The notes beneath the pieces are model-generated. The model had not been told where the DNA came from, searched no databases, and saw only the letters and a list, made by a program, of their open reading frames with translations. The translations under genes and the position numbers were made by a program. From contig NC_043017.1 of the NCBI RefSeq assembly GCF_006345805.1, positions 33,852,001-33,916,000 on the forward strand: a stretch of DNA of 64,000 nt, in the 5' to 3' direction. Positions 1-13,455 of this stretch are shown in pieces. How positions within the stretch are numbered: position 1 is the stretch's first letter; each line of letters opens with the position of its first letter. This DNA is from Octopus sinensis. Its lineage: Eukaryota.

Positions 1-299
1 CCCATCATATCTTGTCTGGTAAACTAGAGTTGGCTCTCGGTCACGTGATAGATAAAAAAAAGATAGAAAAACACTGAAAACCTCTTTGAAAATGTGCTAC
101 TTACAGCAGGGTATTTGGGGTACATTCTGTACAGGACCACTGACAGCGACGAAGCACTGTGTACCCTGGAAGACAGCACTCTGCATCAGATCTGACCAGA
201 AAAGCTGATGAGTCAAGGGCTGCATGAAAATCAAGATCGCCACTGGATCTTGACTCGGCTATTACATGCCCCTATTTTAGACGGCGATTTTATGCAAAA

Positions 300-1600
300 T
301 TGGATTCATACACCACCCCATGGCCTACAAACCTGGTCATCTTCACAGATAGGAAGGGCGAACCTAACAAGTGTATATATATATGCTTCGTTTAGCTTTT
401 TTGCAGAGAAGCATCTTTCAGGCGATTCTTCTTCTTCTTCTTCTTCTTCTTCTTCTTCTTCTTCTTCTTCTTCTTCTTCTTCTTCTTTTTCTTCTTCTTC
501 TTCTTTTTCTTCTTCTTTTTCTTCTACTTCTTCTTTTTCTTCTTCTTCTTCTTTTCCTTCTTCTTCTTCTTGTGATTTCATCATCGTCAGCATAAAGAAC
601 TTCTCTAACATCCTCAGGGGAAATTTCAAAGTCCTGTTCCTTTGCAATGTTTATGATCGTGTCAGTTCCTTTTTGAAGACCTTCATGAAGATTATCAAAT
701 CCTTCAAAAATTGTCAATTTAATTTCAGGCAGAGATTTTCCCAAATTCCTTTCATGTTCTTTACGGCAATTTTATCCCATGCTTTCTTTATCAATTTTAT
801 TGCATCAAGGATGTTGAAACTCTTCCAAAATTCTTGAATCGTAGGACCATTTTCTTTATCAGTCACTCTGATAATTCTTTGAAAGGTGAAATGAAGACAG
901 TAAGATTTGAACGATGAAGTGGCTCCTTGATCCATAACTGTAATAAAGATGTTGCTTTAGGAGGTAAAAAAGCAGCATTAATATTTTGATGGTGGTGCTT
1001 TAAAAATGCAGCATTACTGGGGGGGAAGGGCATTATCCATTACCAAAAGAATCTTGAAAGGAATTTACTACTTCGGGGGAAAAGTGATTAGGAAACAAAT
1101 CCTCAAATAGAGTTTCTGTCACCCAAGCTTTTTGTTATGCTTCCAGATTACAGGAAGTTTTGTCTTATTATTACTTTTAAAGCAGGGGATTTTCAGATTG
1201 ATAATTAAGCTTGGGCTTACGCTTTCAGTTTCCTCCACAATTTTTTTCCCAGAGATGTTATACTGTCTTTTGCAGCTTTGAATCTTGGCATTGAAGATTC
1301 TTCTCTCGCAATAAAAGTCCTGGAAGGCATTCGTTTCCAAATAGGCCCGTCTCATCCCCATTAAATATTTGAGACGGTATAACGCCGTCTTCTTCGAGAA
1401 AATCTTCTAATTGGTAAGGATAAGTTTCTGCAGCTTTTTGATCAACGCTAGACGATTCTCCTTGGATCTTCGCAGTGTGTAGATTTTTTTTTTTTTTAAA
1501 TGATCAAAGCCAACAATATTTGCAACAAATGTTTCATTTGCTCCATTGTTTTATTTATCCTTAAACGAGTTTAAAAAAAGCAATTTGCTGGAAATTTTAG
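300..1600 (-). pseudogene. Tigger/pogo-family (DDE_1) transposase remnant, frameshifted
   Basis: Hand translation of minus frames gives LHTAKIQGESSSVDQKAAE, FNGDETGLF, KLPVIWKHNKK/WVTETLFED, ILLVMDNA, FLPPKATSLLQ/MDQG and EFWKSFNILDAIKLIKKAW, collinear with Tigger1-type transposases; several frameshifts and stops. Confidence 0.9.
426..571 (+). repeat. (TTC)n microsatellite inside the acidic C-terminal segment of the Tigger remnant
   Basis: About 145 bp of near-pure TCT/TTC repeats; source of the poly-S/E/L/R ORFs in the track. Confidence 0.95.
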
Positions 1601-1653
1601 CCTAACTAGATGGCAGATGAAGTCTATGAATTCGATCGTTAATCCAAGCTGTA

Positions 1654-1886
1654 AAACGTTTTCTGTGCGTGAAATGAGCCAAAAATCATAGTGGTTTCGC
1701 GTCATTATCATTGAGACCACTCAATTTGGAGGGCCCCAGTACTGTATTAACTACTACGGCGAATACAACAGACAAAGAATTATGCACATATAACAGCACG
1801 AAGTCTTATGACTATATGGACCATGATAAAAAAAATAATAATTATAGTTATACCACAAATACAAACAGGAGCTTGCAGCCACGAAC
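1654..1886 (+). repeat. Unclassified ~230-bp dispersed repeat, copy 1
   Basis: Collinear and similar to 4763-5084 (aaacgttttctgtgcgtgaaatgagcc...gcagcc). Confidence 0.85.
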
Positions 1887-1929
1887 AGATTTAGTGGGTT
1901 GCACAAGGTGAAATGGAGTAATTCCTAAG

Positions 1930-1973
1930 GTCTATATATATTATATATCTATATCTATCGATCTCTATATATA

Positions 1974-2013
<40 letters not shown>

Positions 2014-2041
2014 TATATATTATATGTATATATGTATATAT

Positions 2042-2080
<39 letters not shown>

Positions 2081-2110
2081 GATAGAGTAGATAGCATAGA
2101 TAGATAGAAA
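1930..2110 (+). repeat. (TA)n/(GATA)n compound microsatellite
   Basis: Direct inspection. Confidence 0.9.
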
Positions 2111-3006
2111 GATACAAATACATATACATAAGTGCATGCAAGCTTCTATACACACACCTACACGCACACCTGCTTGTGCATACACACACAGGTAGGAGTG
2201 TGTCTACTGCTCTAGTGTATGATTGTGTATGCATATCTCTGTGTACCACTTAATTATATTATTCTCTGCTTTTCTTTCCTGGCCACATTTTCTTCTAAAG
2301 TTTGTTGATCAATTTATATTAATGTTCGTTCATGTTTCATATTTACATGTATGCAAACCCATACCTTTTCTATTCATAATATTATTACTGTTTATATAAT
2401 TGCAGAATATTTAGATCGACAAATATAAATTTATTATATTTTGACAGATTGATAGATTTTTGACATGAAAAAGGACTTAATTCAGTTTTCTACATGATAT
2501 AAATTTATCGAAATAATAACTACAATTTTCTATGACGATAACAAAAAAAAAATTAAGTCTATTCAACATTTCTATTTATTTGTGAAATATTTTTCCTTTC
2601 TGTTTTGCTTTGTATTGTTCTGTTTTAGTTTTTTTAGTTCTTGTCTCAAACTTTTTCAAAAAGGCTGTCATATAAAAATCCACACAATTTAGGCCCTTGC
2701 GATTTTCTTTACTGATTTTGCTTTGCTATATTTTTCCCTATCATTATCATTAACATATTAACGCTACATTTATTATCATCATACTTATCGTCATCCTCGC
2801 CATCATCGCCAGTGCTAACATCATCATCATCATCAACATCAAGATCACCATAAGCAACATCACCATCATTAACAACAGATATGTATCTACAAAACATATA
2901 AACAGAACGACTGTTATATGCAGTAATTGCACATAAAGAAACTAACTTACACAACTAAGAATGGCTAGTTTTTATATCTTTCCATAATTGTATTTTTCTT
3001 TTTTAG

Positions 3007-3081
3007 AAGGTGAGGGGTTCACCAATCGGATTAAAGTAGGGCAACGGTTGATTGATGACGCCTACTGTAAAATGAAAACGT
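3007..3081 (+). other. Possible 75-nt symmetric (phase 1-1) exon, GEGFTNRIKVGQRLIDDAYCKMKT
   Basis: Strong polypyrimidine acceptor (tttttcttttttag), gtatgt donor and an open frame; no recognised homology. Confidence 0.2.
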
Positions 3082-3309
3082 GTATGTATCTCTCCTTTGG
3101 TTTCCAAATAAGTAGAAAGATTTTGTCATAGAGAGACGAGAACATTTGATTTGAGGGATTCTCTCGTTTACAATGGATTTCGCTCTGAGCAACTTACAAG
3201 CAATAATTCTATATATTCTAGGAAATTTATAAATTATAAATATTAATATTTCTAAGTGTCTCTAAAGGAGAATATGGCAGCGGTACTGAATATTAATAGT
3301 TATCGGCAA

Positions 3310-3537
3310 GCTAACAAGGCAGTCCAGAAAAATAGGACGAATGCTACCGTTGATTATCACCAAGAGGCCATCACCTCTAGCTAGCTGTGACACACGAACC
3401 TGTGTCCATTATAACCTTTGAACAGGGGTTGGGTCAGCCTCTTTCCCTTGCTGGTCTGGCATCTAGAGTCTAGTTTCAGGGTAATTGCCCCTTATCAATG
3501 TAGCATTCGTCCTATTTTTCTGGACTGCCGTGTTAGC
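3310..3537. repeat. 38-bp inverted repeat pair around a 152-bp spacer (MITE-like)
   Basis: 3310-3347 is the reverse complement of 3500-3537 with 1 mismatch. Confidence 0.75.
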
Positions 3538-4762
3538 AACATTTGTAGAATATAGGAAGAAGGTTAGTAACTGTAACTTTATTAAGAAATCGAAAATTGA
3601 CCTTCTTCCCAACTCTATGAACAAAAATGAACGCGTAAATGACATAAGACCACCACGTTGTTTCGCAGCTGGCCTCATTCCAACAGATTCTATAGTGTCT
3701 GCGAGCCAAGCTACATTACTGACCAAAGTAACTGACCACTGTCCCATAACTACGACTAGGGTAAACAGCAGGTGAAGACGGACAAAATGACGCTAAGCAA
3801 TTTGCCCGACGTCCTAACGATTCTGCCACCTCGCCGCCTTACTTGTGCTGTTTATATTTGTACTCATTTACAAACAGTATTTACCACGAATTCCATCCGT
3901 GAGTAGAAAATGTTACGTACAGAACTGGGTTATAAATAGTTTAGGGAACTGTAATTTTCGTAAATTATTATTAATTTATTGCTGTTAATTTTCGTGAAAG
4001 TTATTTCAGTGGTTCGGTTTAAGATTAATGTTGAGTCTATATCCTGGAAGCTGTAACTACATGCTCGTTAATAGATTGGAATTCCCTTCTTAGTTGGGAG
4101 AAATAATGAAAATGAATAACTTGTGCCAGGACAAAGAAATACTTTCTACACAAAATAGCAACGAACACACATTGAAGAAATACGGTATAACTTTCATGCT
4201 TATCGAAAAAACATAACATTTATTAGTAGGTAGATGAGAGCAGTCAATATGTTTCCCGTTCACTATGAGTGTATATATGTTTCTATGAATGGATATTATG
4301 AATACGTGTACAAAGTTTGACAATAGAAAGTAGACTGTTTATTTTGAAACACTTCAGAGATTAAAAACTGTTTCTTTGTGATTTCGTTATTTGCAATTTG
4401 TAATTTTATTTGATGATTTCCTTTTATAATTGGCAATCAAAGACATTTATTCTTAATTATTTATTTTATTTTCAATAGGTTGTTCGTTAACATTTTCTTA
4501 CAGTCACATAATTACATTCTGGGCTTTTAGAAGATTACTTTTCATTTATAATTTCTTCATATTATTATAAAACTCTTTAAAGATTGATTTGTCTCCACTA
4601 TTTGGTAACCTAAAACACAATCATATTAACCGAAACTGAAGTAAAAGCAACGTCAAGAACACGTGTACAGAAACATGCACCAGTTGAAATTATAAAGGAA
4701 TTGTACTTAAATATATCGAGCAATACAGATAATATCAACAACATAGAGGGTTTTGGCACATC

Positions 4763-5084
4763 AAACGTTTTCTGTGCGTGAAATGAGCCAAAATATCATA
4801 GTGGCTTCGCGTCATTATCATTGAGACCACTCAATCTTGGAGGCCCCAGTACTGTTATTAAACTACTGGCGAATACAACAGACAAAGAATTATGCATATA
4901 TAACAGCACGAAGCCTTATGACTATATGGCCCCAGTACTGTTATTAAACTACTGGCGAATACAACAGACAAAGAATTATGCATATATAACAGCACGAAGC
5001 CTTATGACTATATGGACCATGATTTTAAAAAATGATAATTATACTTATACCACAAATACAACAGGAGCTTTGCAGCCACCGAAC
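4763..5084 (+). repeat. Unclassified dispersed repeat, copy 2, with an exact 86-bp internal tandem duplication
   Basis: 4842-4927 repeats as 4928-5013; the rest aligns to 1654-1886. Confidence 0.85.
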
Positions 5085-5149
5085 ATTTCAGTATTTAAAA
5101 CAAGGCCAGAAATATCTGCATATTTTGTAATTTTGTGAATTTGGACGTG

Positions 5150-5945
5150 AGAGTTGCAGAAGTTTGCAATGTACGAGCTCTGTGGCGTGCGCTGAAACAT
5201 GAAAGCTCAAAGGTCGCCCATGACGTGGAGTGGAGGTCCAGCACGATAACAGTGCTAGAAATCAGTACATTACTAAGTCCATAACTCTCCAAATCCAAGC
5301 AGATCAGATGATTTAAGGCGCTGTGGAGTTGAGACTGCAGGTTTTGAGACCTACCACGACGGTGGATAGACTGAGCTGCTAAGTGATGCGAGAATCGCCA
5401 AGATTGCATGGTTTGTTGTATGAACTATATTTCCACTTCATATATTTGTTCCCATCTGATTTGGCTGATGTCTACCACAGCAGGTGCCAGAGCAACACAT
5501 TGAGAACATTTCCACTGAGAGTTAGCCGAGATGTTTTGACACTTGCTGAGAAAGAATCCGATCAAGCGGAACGTGATCGAAAGGTTGAGATTCACACATC
5601 TCCTCAACACAAATTTTAAAATTTTAGGGAAAATGGTAGCCGTAGCGAAAAGCGAAAAAAGTTGTGTGGCTTATCGTCTGAATATTTTCCAATCAAGCAT
5701 TTGCCTGTATGGCCAAACTCTCATCAAATTCTTCAGGTATCATTGAATAGTAAGAAGGAGGTAGAGGAAGAGATAATGTCTTCTAGTGTAATTTATGAAA
5801 AGTGGTTAAGAGGGTCACGAATAGTGTATCCGACTGGGCCAAGCCTTTTTCTAAGCAGGAGGTAAGAACCTCGGAGAGAGGAAGTAGATTCCTTGAAGTT
5901 TGCGGAGTAATCCTGGCCACCTAGTTTACGGATTTCTTCGAATTA
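5150..5945 (+). pseudogene. L1/Tx1-type non-LTR retrotransposon reverse transcriptase remnant
   Basis: RESPRLHGLLYELY (cf. GKSPGLDGLPYELY), DLADVY, VSRDVLTL and RFTHLLNTNFKILGKM (cf. RPITLLNTDYKILAK); broken by frameshifts. Confidence 0.75.
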
Positions 5946-6124
5946 CCTTTGGTTGGTTGCTATGATACTGTTTATGCATAAATTTGTCATGTATTTTCAT
6001 AATTTCATTTAATCTTGAATTATTATCATTATTGTTGTTCATCGTTGTGAACCATCCATTTTGCATGATGTAATTTTTATTTTCATATTGGCCTGACTAT
6101 CTTTGTACATTGTATTTGATAAAA

Positions 6125-6430
6125 GGCATTCGCATGGCCTAGTGGCTTGGATGTTGCAACTCACGATCGCTAGATCATGTGTTCGGTTCCCAGATCGGGC
6201 GCTGAGTTGCGTTCTTCAGCAAAACACTTCAACTCACGTTACTTTGCTATCACCTCGACACCTGACATGAGGTACACTGTACCTCTATTCAGGCAATATT
6301 GATTTGATGGAGAGAATGAGCTAATGTACAGCGCATACATTTGATCACTATAAACAAATCATTTGTGCAACTCGTTTAGCAAACACTGAACGCTCATAGG
6401 TCGTCTTCGACAGGAGAATCCATCATCATC
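6125..6430 (+). mobile_element. Degenerate tRNA-derived SINE (third family) with CORE-like body and (ATC)n tail
   Basis: A box TGGCCTAGTGG, B-box-like GTTCGGTTCCC, gttcttcagcaaaacactt body motif and catcatc tail. Confidence 0.6.
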
Positions 6431-6443
6431 GTCATCATCGTCG

Positions 6444-6448
6444 TTGTC

Positions 6449-6504
<56 letters not shown>

Positions 6505-6509
6505 TATTA

Positions 6510-6561
<52 letters not shown>

Positions 6562-6570
6562 CATTATTAT
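6444..6570 (+). repeat. (TTA)n microsatellite
   Basis: Direct inspection. Confidence 0.95.
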
Positions 6571-6590
6571 TGCTGTTGATGTTGTTCTTG

Positions 6591-6838
6591 TGTGTGTGTG
6601 TGTGTGCGTGTGTTTGTGTTTGTGTGTTTATGTTTGTCCCCCCTCCCCAACATCGCTTGACAGCCGATGCTGGTGTATTTGCGTCCCGGTAACTTAGCGG
6701 TTCGGCAAAAGAGACCTATAGCATAAGTATTAGACTTACAAAGAATAAGTCCCGGGGTCGATTTGCTCGACTAAAGGCGGTGCCCCAGCATGGCCGCAGT
6801 CAAATGACTGAAACAAGTAAAAGAGTAAAGAGAGTAAA
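6591..6838 (+). mobile_element. SINE family A, 3' half
   Basis: Matches the 3' half of the full copy at 59429-59860. Confidence 0.85.
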
Positions 6839-8096
6839 ATACTATATTACAAATAATTACGAGGGAGAGACACAATCACGATATCGGAGACGATAAAAAT
6901 CTGCAAGACATTCGTAAGATTTTAAAATATAATGAATAAGACAAGATGATTTCCTTCCCTACCTTACAACAAAGATGGTGGCAGGGTAAAATTAACTCAG
7001 ATTTTGAAGAAAAAAAGGAAACATAAACACATTGTGGTGGGTTTCCGAGAAGTGTCCATTTAGGAAATTTTACACTGAATGTATTTGTTGCCCCGAGGTA
7101 TTGTAGAACCGTCTTAAAAGAGTTGCACACAAAGTAATCGAACTGGAAAACGGGTGTATATGAATGAATCTTCTTAAATACATAGTCATGTCGGCATTCA
7201 TGGAACGTTATAGGGAATTAAGATATGTTCGTTTAGCATTTTCCAAGTATGTTTCGTTTCGTTTTCGTGATAATATGCACCTCAAATTTAGAGGTAAGTG
7301 TAAAGAAAACTGCAGAGAAAGCTAAATTCCTGTAGCTGCATTTTTTGCGTGCATAACTAAATTATTACACGTATTGGCTTTGAGTTCATATCAATGTGCT
7401 GTGTTCTGTGTGTGTGTGTGCGTGTGTGTGTATGTGAGAGAGAGAGAGGGTGAGAGAGAGAGAGAAACATAAAAAATTGAAAATACAATAAATGCATCAG
7501 AGAGGGAAATCAAATACAAGATAATACGCTTTGCCGCCTGGTTGACTAGGAATATACATGAGTAAATTAGTTATAAATTTGGAATTAATTATTTATTTTA
7601 AGTGAAAGCTAGAAAATGAAATGTTATTTTCGAAAGAAGAATTAATGTGAAATCAAAAACTATCTAAGTTATGTACGGCTCACATAAACCAAAAAATACA
7701 GACGTCATTCTACAAATTCTGGTGTGTTTGTTTGTCTGTGTTTGTGTTTTTTTTTTATCCTGCCGAGTGATTCAGTCATCTGATTTTTCTTTGTTGCAAA
7801 CACTGAGACATCTCAGCATTAAACTATGCTGCTATGGCGATATCAATAATTCCTAAAATTGATGTAATGCGTGGCTGTTATCGCAGACAAAATTCTAGAA
7901 GATGAAACCAAAGTCGAAAATTTTTTTCAGTAAAAATTGTGAACAAACGTGCGTTATAATCGCGTAAAATTTTTGTCTGCTTACAATATTTTAAAACGTC
8001 TATTGTTGCCATTTGCTGGCTATATCATGCACATAATAGTAATGGTGGATGTGGTGGTGCAGATGAACATGGCGTTAGTGAAGATACATTTATAAA

Positions 8097-8132
<36 letters not shown>

Positions 8133-8455
8133 CATACATACGTAGATATATATACACTATGTTTCTAATTATTAACGGCGTAACCTTTTTTTATTTTATT
8201 TAAAAACAGCTCGTTGGAATTCAACTGAATCTTAAAGGAATAATGGCAACAGGTATATGCGCGTGGTGTGTAAAAAGCGTGAGGTTCCGTAAAACAACAC
8301 AGAAACTGCGGCCATTTACCAAATTTACGTAAACGTCCAGTTTCAAATTATCAGAGAGGTGTAATTAAAACTCATGAAAAAAAAGAAAATACCAATTTAA
8401 TAAGAAGAAATAGAAATAAACAAAAAGAAAATCGTTCTAAAATTATAGGTAAACT

Positions 8456-8852
8456 GTATTTCATATACATTAGCTAACACTTTCTTATTTGTGTGTATAT
8501 ATGCGCACGAAGTACAATACTGTACTTACTGATCTCCAATCCCTAGAAACATCTCCAGCTGGCTATACGACACGATTTGTGTCCTTATATTTTCGAACAA
8601 GGGAATCTAGCACCCCAACTCAGCTCAAAACAATATCTGTGAATCGCGATTTCAAAGAACTTACACCTGAGATGTGAAAGTGTCTTATTTTCGTAGAAGG
8701 CCTTACAGGAAGCAAAGATACAGAAATTCGCGCCAGAATTCATTCTAAATTGAAACAAGCGAACAAAAATCTAACCTTACAGGCCGTGGCAGAAGAATGC
8801 CAACGGATGGTAAACCTAGCACACGATGTAGAAAAAATTCAAGATAAGGGAT
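8456..8852 (+). mobile_element. Gypsy-type gag fragment with leader, copy 1
   Basis: DFKELTPEM*KCLIFVEGLTGSKDTEIRARIHSKLKQANKNLTLQAVAEECQRMVNL; near-identical to 16260-16655. Confidence 0.8.
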
Positions 8853-9360
8853 AGATGAGCCTTTGTTTGAAATAATCTGGAAAAGGCACTGGTCCACGGA
8901 ACGTGTTAATTTCTTCTCTCCTCTGATGTTATACCAAGAGATACATCCACTATTGCCTGCCATAGTTCATCCTTGCTCCTAAATTGGTATCCATCCTCGT
9001 AGGCTCATCACTTTAGAATATTTCACAAGTTTTCTATTGGGTTTAACTCGTGGGAACAGGCAGGCCACTTCATCTTCCGAGGTCCACAGGAGCCTAATTG
9101 TTGCAAAGTTTTGTGGGTTTCTTCGCTGAGCACGAGGGTGCATTATCTTGCATGGATATTATGGTTGTCTTGAAGGTGATCCTTTGCTTTTTTAACCAAG
9201 TTTGAAGGTGTTCCCTCATAAGGGCTATGTAAACATTCGCAGTCATTTTAACACCGTCCACCACTTTCCAAGGACTAACCATATTACCTCCAATAATACC
9301 TACTCAAATGATGATGCCTCCTACCCCTTGTTGGCTTCTCAAGCCTTGATGGCGTTCTAT
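8853..9360 (-). pseudogene. Tc1/mariner transposase C-terminal remnant
   Basis: QQGVGGII*VGIIGGNMVSPWKVVDGVKM, MQDNAPS and WPACSHELNPIENL*NILK, i.e. the DNA...WP..SPDLNPIE motif set. Confidence 0.85.
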
Positions 9361-10166
9361 TTTAGGATGCAATATTTAGTAGAGGTTGATGTTCTGGTGG
9401 TGGGATTAAAGAAAGGCAGATAGAGAGAGAGAGAGGAATAGAGGAGACAGTTATACAGAGAAAGAGAGAGGTAGAGAGAAGGAGGTAGATAGAACTTGCA
9501 TTGTCAGAGTAGTGATACATTGACAGCAAGAAAAAAACAAACAACTGGGATGAAATGAGCTTTGTTACTGAAAACTATAGTGATGATGATGGTAGTATTC
9601 TTGGTGGTGGTGGTGGTGGTGGTGGTGATGGCTGCTGCTGCTGTTACTGCTGGTAGTAGCGGTAGTCTCGGCGGCGGTAGTGGTGGTTTTAGTGGTGGTG
9701 GTGGTGGGGGGGTTAGTGGTAGTAGTGGTGGTGGTGTGTTGATAGTGAGAAGTATTATTTTATTGAGCTAACGCATACGTATAAGTGCAATTATTGTCTG
9801 CTCTATTGAAAATTGATATTTGTTTAAAAAGGTTTCATTTAGTTTAAACTATGGATTCACTAGAAAGACGACTTCAAGCTACTCAAGCAAAGAAACGCAA
9901 ATATTGAGCACGGATCAGAGGGGAACAATGAGAAGATATAAAGAGAAAAAGAAAGACGAGAACACCGTCAGAAACGAGAGGAAATTGATGTAGACAAAGT
10001 ATATTTAAAGAAAGCTAGACTAAAAATGTTATAAAAGTGCAAACAGGTCCTTGAAATAAGTCCTTTTAATTCATTTTTTCATTCCGTAGAATTTACACGG
10101 GTCGCCCTATCTGTATTCAAAGTTTGCAAATATTGGTTTTAAAATGCATTTGGAAAATGAAAAACT

Positions 10167-10290
10167 ATTGAGCAAATGAGACATGTAGAGAAATATATGA
10201 GACATGTAGAGATTGAGTAAATGAGACATGTAGAGATTGAGTAAATGAGACATGTAGAGAAATATATGAGACATGTAGAGAAATATATGT
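10167..10290 (+). repeat. Minisatellite of alternating 21-bp and 24-bp units sharing atgagacatgtagaga
   Basis: Unit order 21-24-24-21-21 read directly. Confidence 0.8.
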
Positions 10291-11106
10291 AATGTGTAGA
10301 TTCGAATAATGGAATACATGCACCGGGAAATGAGCGGAACCTGTTTCTGTGATATATATGCAAACTGGTATGGGATGGGAATAGGATGTTAGAACAGCAT
10401 GAGATCTAAATTTGGTCCTTAGGTGCGTGAATGCATATATTGTTTAATATGCATATCCAGTTACTGTTAACATTCCCACATAGCAATAATTAAAGCAAGT
10501 TTGTAACCTGTGATATTTCTGACATATATTTTTCTTAATAAGGGAGATAATAAAGTAATGCCAACATGCAATCTCACAACATTATTGTCCAATTACATTA
10601 CGTAAATGTTTACAGAAAATTTTAAACTCATATTACAATAACTTTAGCTATGCACATAAATAACAGTTTGTTCTTCAGCAAATTTAATTAAGCTTACATT
10701 GAATATATCTTGACACATAATATGGAAATATTTTTTATGAAACAGGTTTTTTGTCTCTTATTCGCGTGCTTCTGTATTGTCTAAAATATTTTTTTAATAT
10801 CTTTATGCGCAACACGAAAAGTATTTTATATTCTGAGATTAATATTTTCAAGAGATGTTTATTTACAATAGTTTAACATTAACTTTGTAATTTCTTTCAT
10901 TCACATATTTTCTGAAATTTGTCCTTCAATAAATTTTACGGTTTTGCTCAAAGTACAACAGATTGTGAAACATGCTAACATTTATTTTACATCGATTTGA
11001 ATAATGAATATTCTAATAATTATAATAAACCGCCCTCCGACACAGGAGCAGAAAATTGTTACAGACTTTTTATTTAAACTATTTTTGCATCTTTCAAACA
11101 CAAACC

Positions 11107-11306
11107 TATTTCTTTATTACCCACAAGGGGCTAAACAAAGAGGGGACAAAGAAGGCCGGCCAAAGGATTAAGTCGATTACATCGACCCCAGTGCGTAACT
11201 GGTACTTATTTAATCGACCCCGAAAGGATGAAAGGCAAAGTCGACCTCAGCGGAATTTGAACTCAGAACGTAGCGGCGGACGAAATACCACAAAGTATTT
11301 CGCCTC
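11107..11306 (-). mobile_element. SINE family B, 5'-truncated
   Basis: Contains the reverse complement of gtcgactttgcctttcatcctttcggggtcg and the aataaagaaata tail. Confidence 0.85.
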
Positions 11307-13237
11307 TGGCCATTTCTATTCTAGCCTCGAAAGGTCCAGTCAGATTGGAGGATATTACAACTAATGCAATCAAACCCCAATACCCCACAGATGTTGTTTT
11401 ATGCATAATTTTCGTTATTTCAATTGAGTTCTAAATGCTATCGTTGTTAAAATGTCGATGTCATTAGCTGCAATTTAAGATGTTTATGTCTGTCCATGTT
11501 TTATATGCAAAATTATCACGACGAAGCAGCAATGCACATCTAGCATCCACACCGCCGCTGATGGGTGAGTTTTATCTACATCCGATATTTTTTAGTTTTT
11601 CAACATAGTACATCCATCAGAGATGTTATCGTCCGACACATGCTACAGTTAATTTGCTATTTGCGATGCATCTGCTTTGAGTATGATACGCAGTAGTCTA
11701 TTTTAATCTAATGCTATTCATAGTAAAAATTGTTTGCCAACATAACATGGTAGTCCTGGTTTAGGATTATTCATGTTGTATATAACGGAATTCTATTCAG
11801 TCGGGCGGCTAATTACAAAACCAGTGGTGTTTTCAGTCAGCATTTTCCTACAGGAGTAACGACCGGTATTACCCAGCATGCGGTTGGCAGTGGGTGCATG
11901 TTATGCGGCAAAATACGCAGCTAGCATTTTCACGACCACCGTTAGACAATTTTTGACAGCCACCGATATAATCTTATGATTTTGCAATATTTTATTAAAG
12001 CACCAATACTTGAAGTATTTAACTTTAGCAATATATATCTGCTATATGGATTGCTTTGCAATATAGCGCGAGAATATATTATCACAATAGGAATCCCGCG
12101 GCAAATTTGCTCACTCAAGTTGAATCTGTTTTAAGTGTGATACACAAACAAATATTTTAATCTAATACTACTTACGTTTTTTATAACGGTATGCTACTGT
12201 TGTGGGTGCCGTAACTAAACATGGACTGAGATAGCACCTTGGGCAAGTAAATTGTAAATTTTAAATACTTTTTAGTTGGGTGTATTCCGCAGTCTTCGCT
12301 ACTGAGTCAACGAAATTTAGAGATACATTCGAATTTAGCGATGGTGGGAGCGATGGGTTGTTTACGTTATTTTTTACGCCGCTTCTGGCAGATTTTGATC
12401 CATTGTTTTTGTTTTTTTTTACAAAAGATGCTTGTTGTCGGAGCCGTTTTGCAGTGCAGCTATTTAAGTTTGGGATGAGCTTCGTCCCAGTGTTGTTTTA
12501 ACCGCTTCATGTATCCGATTGAAGGATCATCTCGAGTTTTTTCATAGCAGCAAAGTAAATCTTGGTTTAGTTGTTGATTCCAAGTAAAACAAGAAGAGTA
12601 CTTACGTCTTCTTAGATAGCTTACTGGTGAAGTAGTTCTGTTTTCATCGGTGGTGACCTTGTTAGTTTCATCTGTGGTGGTGTTAGTTTTAGCCCTAATC
12701 GTGTTAGCGAGATTCCCACATGGTGTAGATGTATATTTTAAAATCTGTTCAGGATAGTCCTACAATGGCGAGTAAAAGGTATTCCTCTTATTAATTATTG
12801 GAGAAATAAACCAGTTACCGATTTAGGCTGGAGAAATCGGCATATTTCTAGAGCAAGGCGTTCAAAACGGACTTTTTAAATGGTCCTCTACGCCAGCACA
12901 TCCGATGTTGATCGCGCCATGTATTCATGTATGTACGTATGGATGGATGGATGGATGGATGGATGGATGGATGGATGGGAGTGTTGTATCACCAATTGTA
13001 ATGGCGATGCTTTTTTACTCTATAACAATAAAATATATAACGAAGCCGGATAACGACAACGTAACAGATCAACAAAATCTCCACGAACTATACACGACCC
13101 AACAAACGATATTCCGACAATTCATTTTATCATTTTTTTTCCACGTTGAATTTCTATCAGCCTGTTCAATCACCTCTTTACTCCTTACATATTTTCTCTT
13201 TCTAATCTTTCTTTCATTCTTTCTCCCTCCCCATCTT

Positions 13238-13330
<93 letters not shown>

Positions 13331-13336
<6 letters not shown>

Positions 13337-13455
13337 ATTTCGTAATGGTCATTTTGCCAGTTTAGCCAATAAAAACACACGCACTATATATTTGGTGTTA
13401 TTTTGCTTCAGTGTTATTTATTTATTACATTAATCTTAATCTTATTTCGGCCAGA
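13331..13455 (-). mobile_element. Penelope-like mini-element family P4, 3' portion only
   Basis: Reverse complement of tggccgaaataagattaag...accattacgaaatacaacaa, also found at 40737, 41879 and 48875; abuts (TA)n. Confidence 0.75.

Noticed and set aside
196-270. CTGATGA followed by a GAGTCAAG/CTTGACTC stem as a possible hammerhead
   Set aside because: No GAAA after the stem and no stem I pairing.
208-837. 209-aa plus-strand ORF and overlapping poly-E/R/L ORFs
   Set aside because: Antisense of the Tigger remnant plus the (TTC)n microsatellite.
3485-3775. ORF with apparent signal peptide
   Set aside because: Starts at TTG directly after a stop, and the hydrophobic stretch is encoded by the inverted-repeat arm.
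10167-10290. CRISPR-like repeat array
   Set aside because: No unique spacers, eukaryotic context, no cas genes.
12240-12900. Possible retroelement N-terminal ORF on the minus strand (LKQHWDEAHPKLK)
   Set aside because: Only one short motif amid many stops; too weak to assign.
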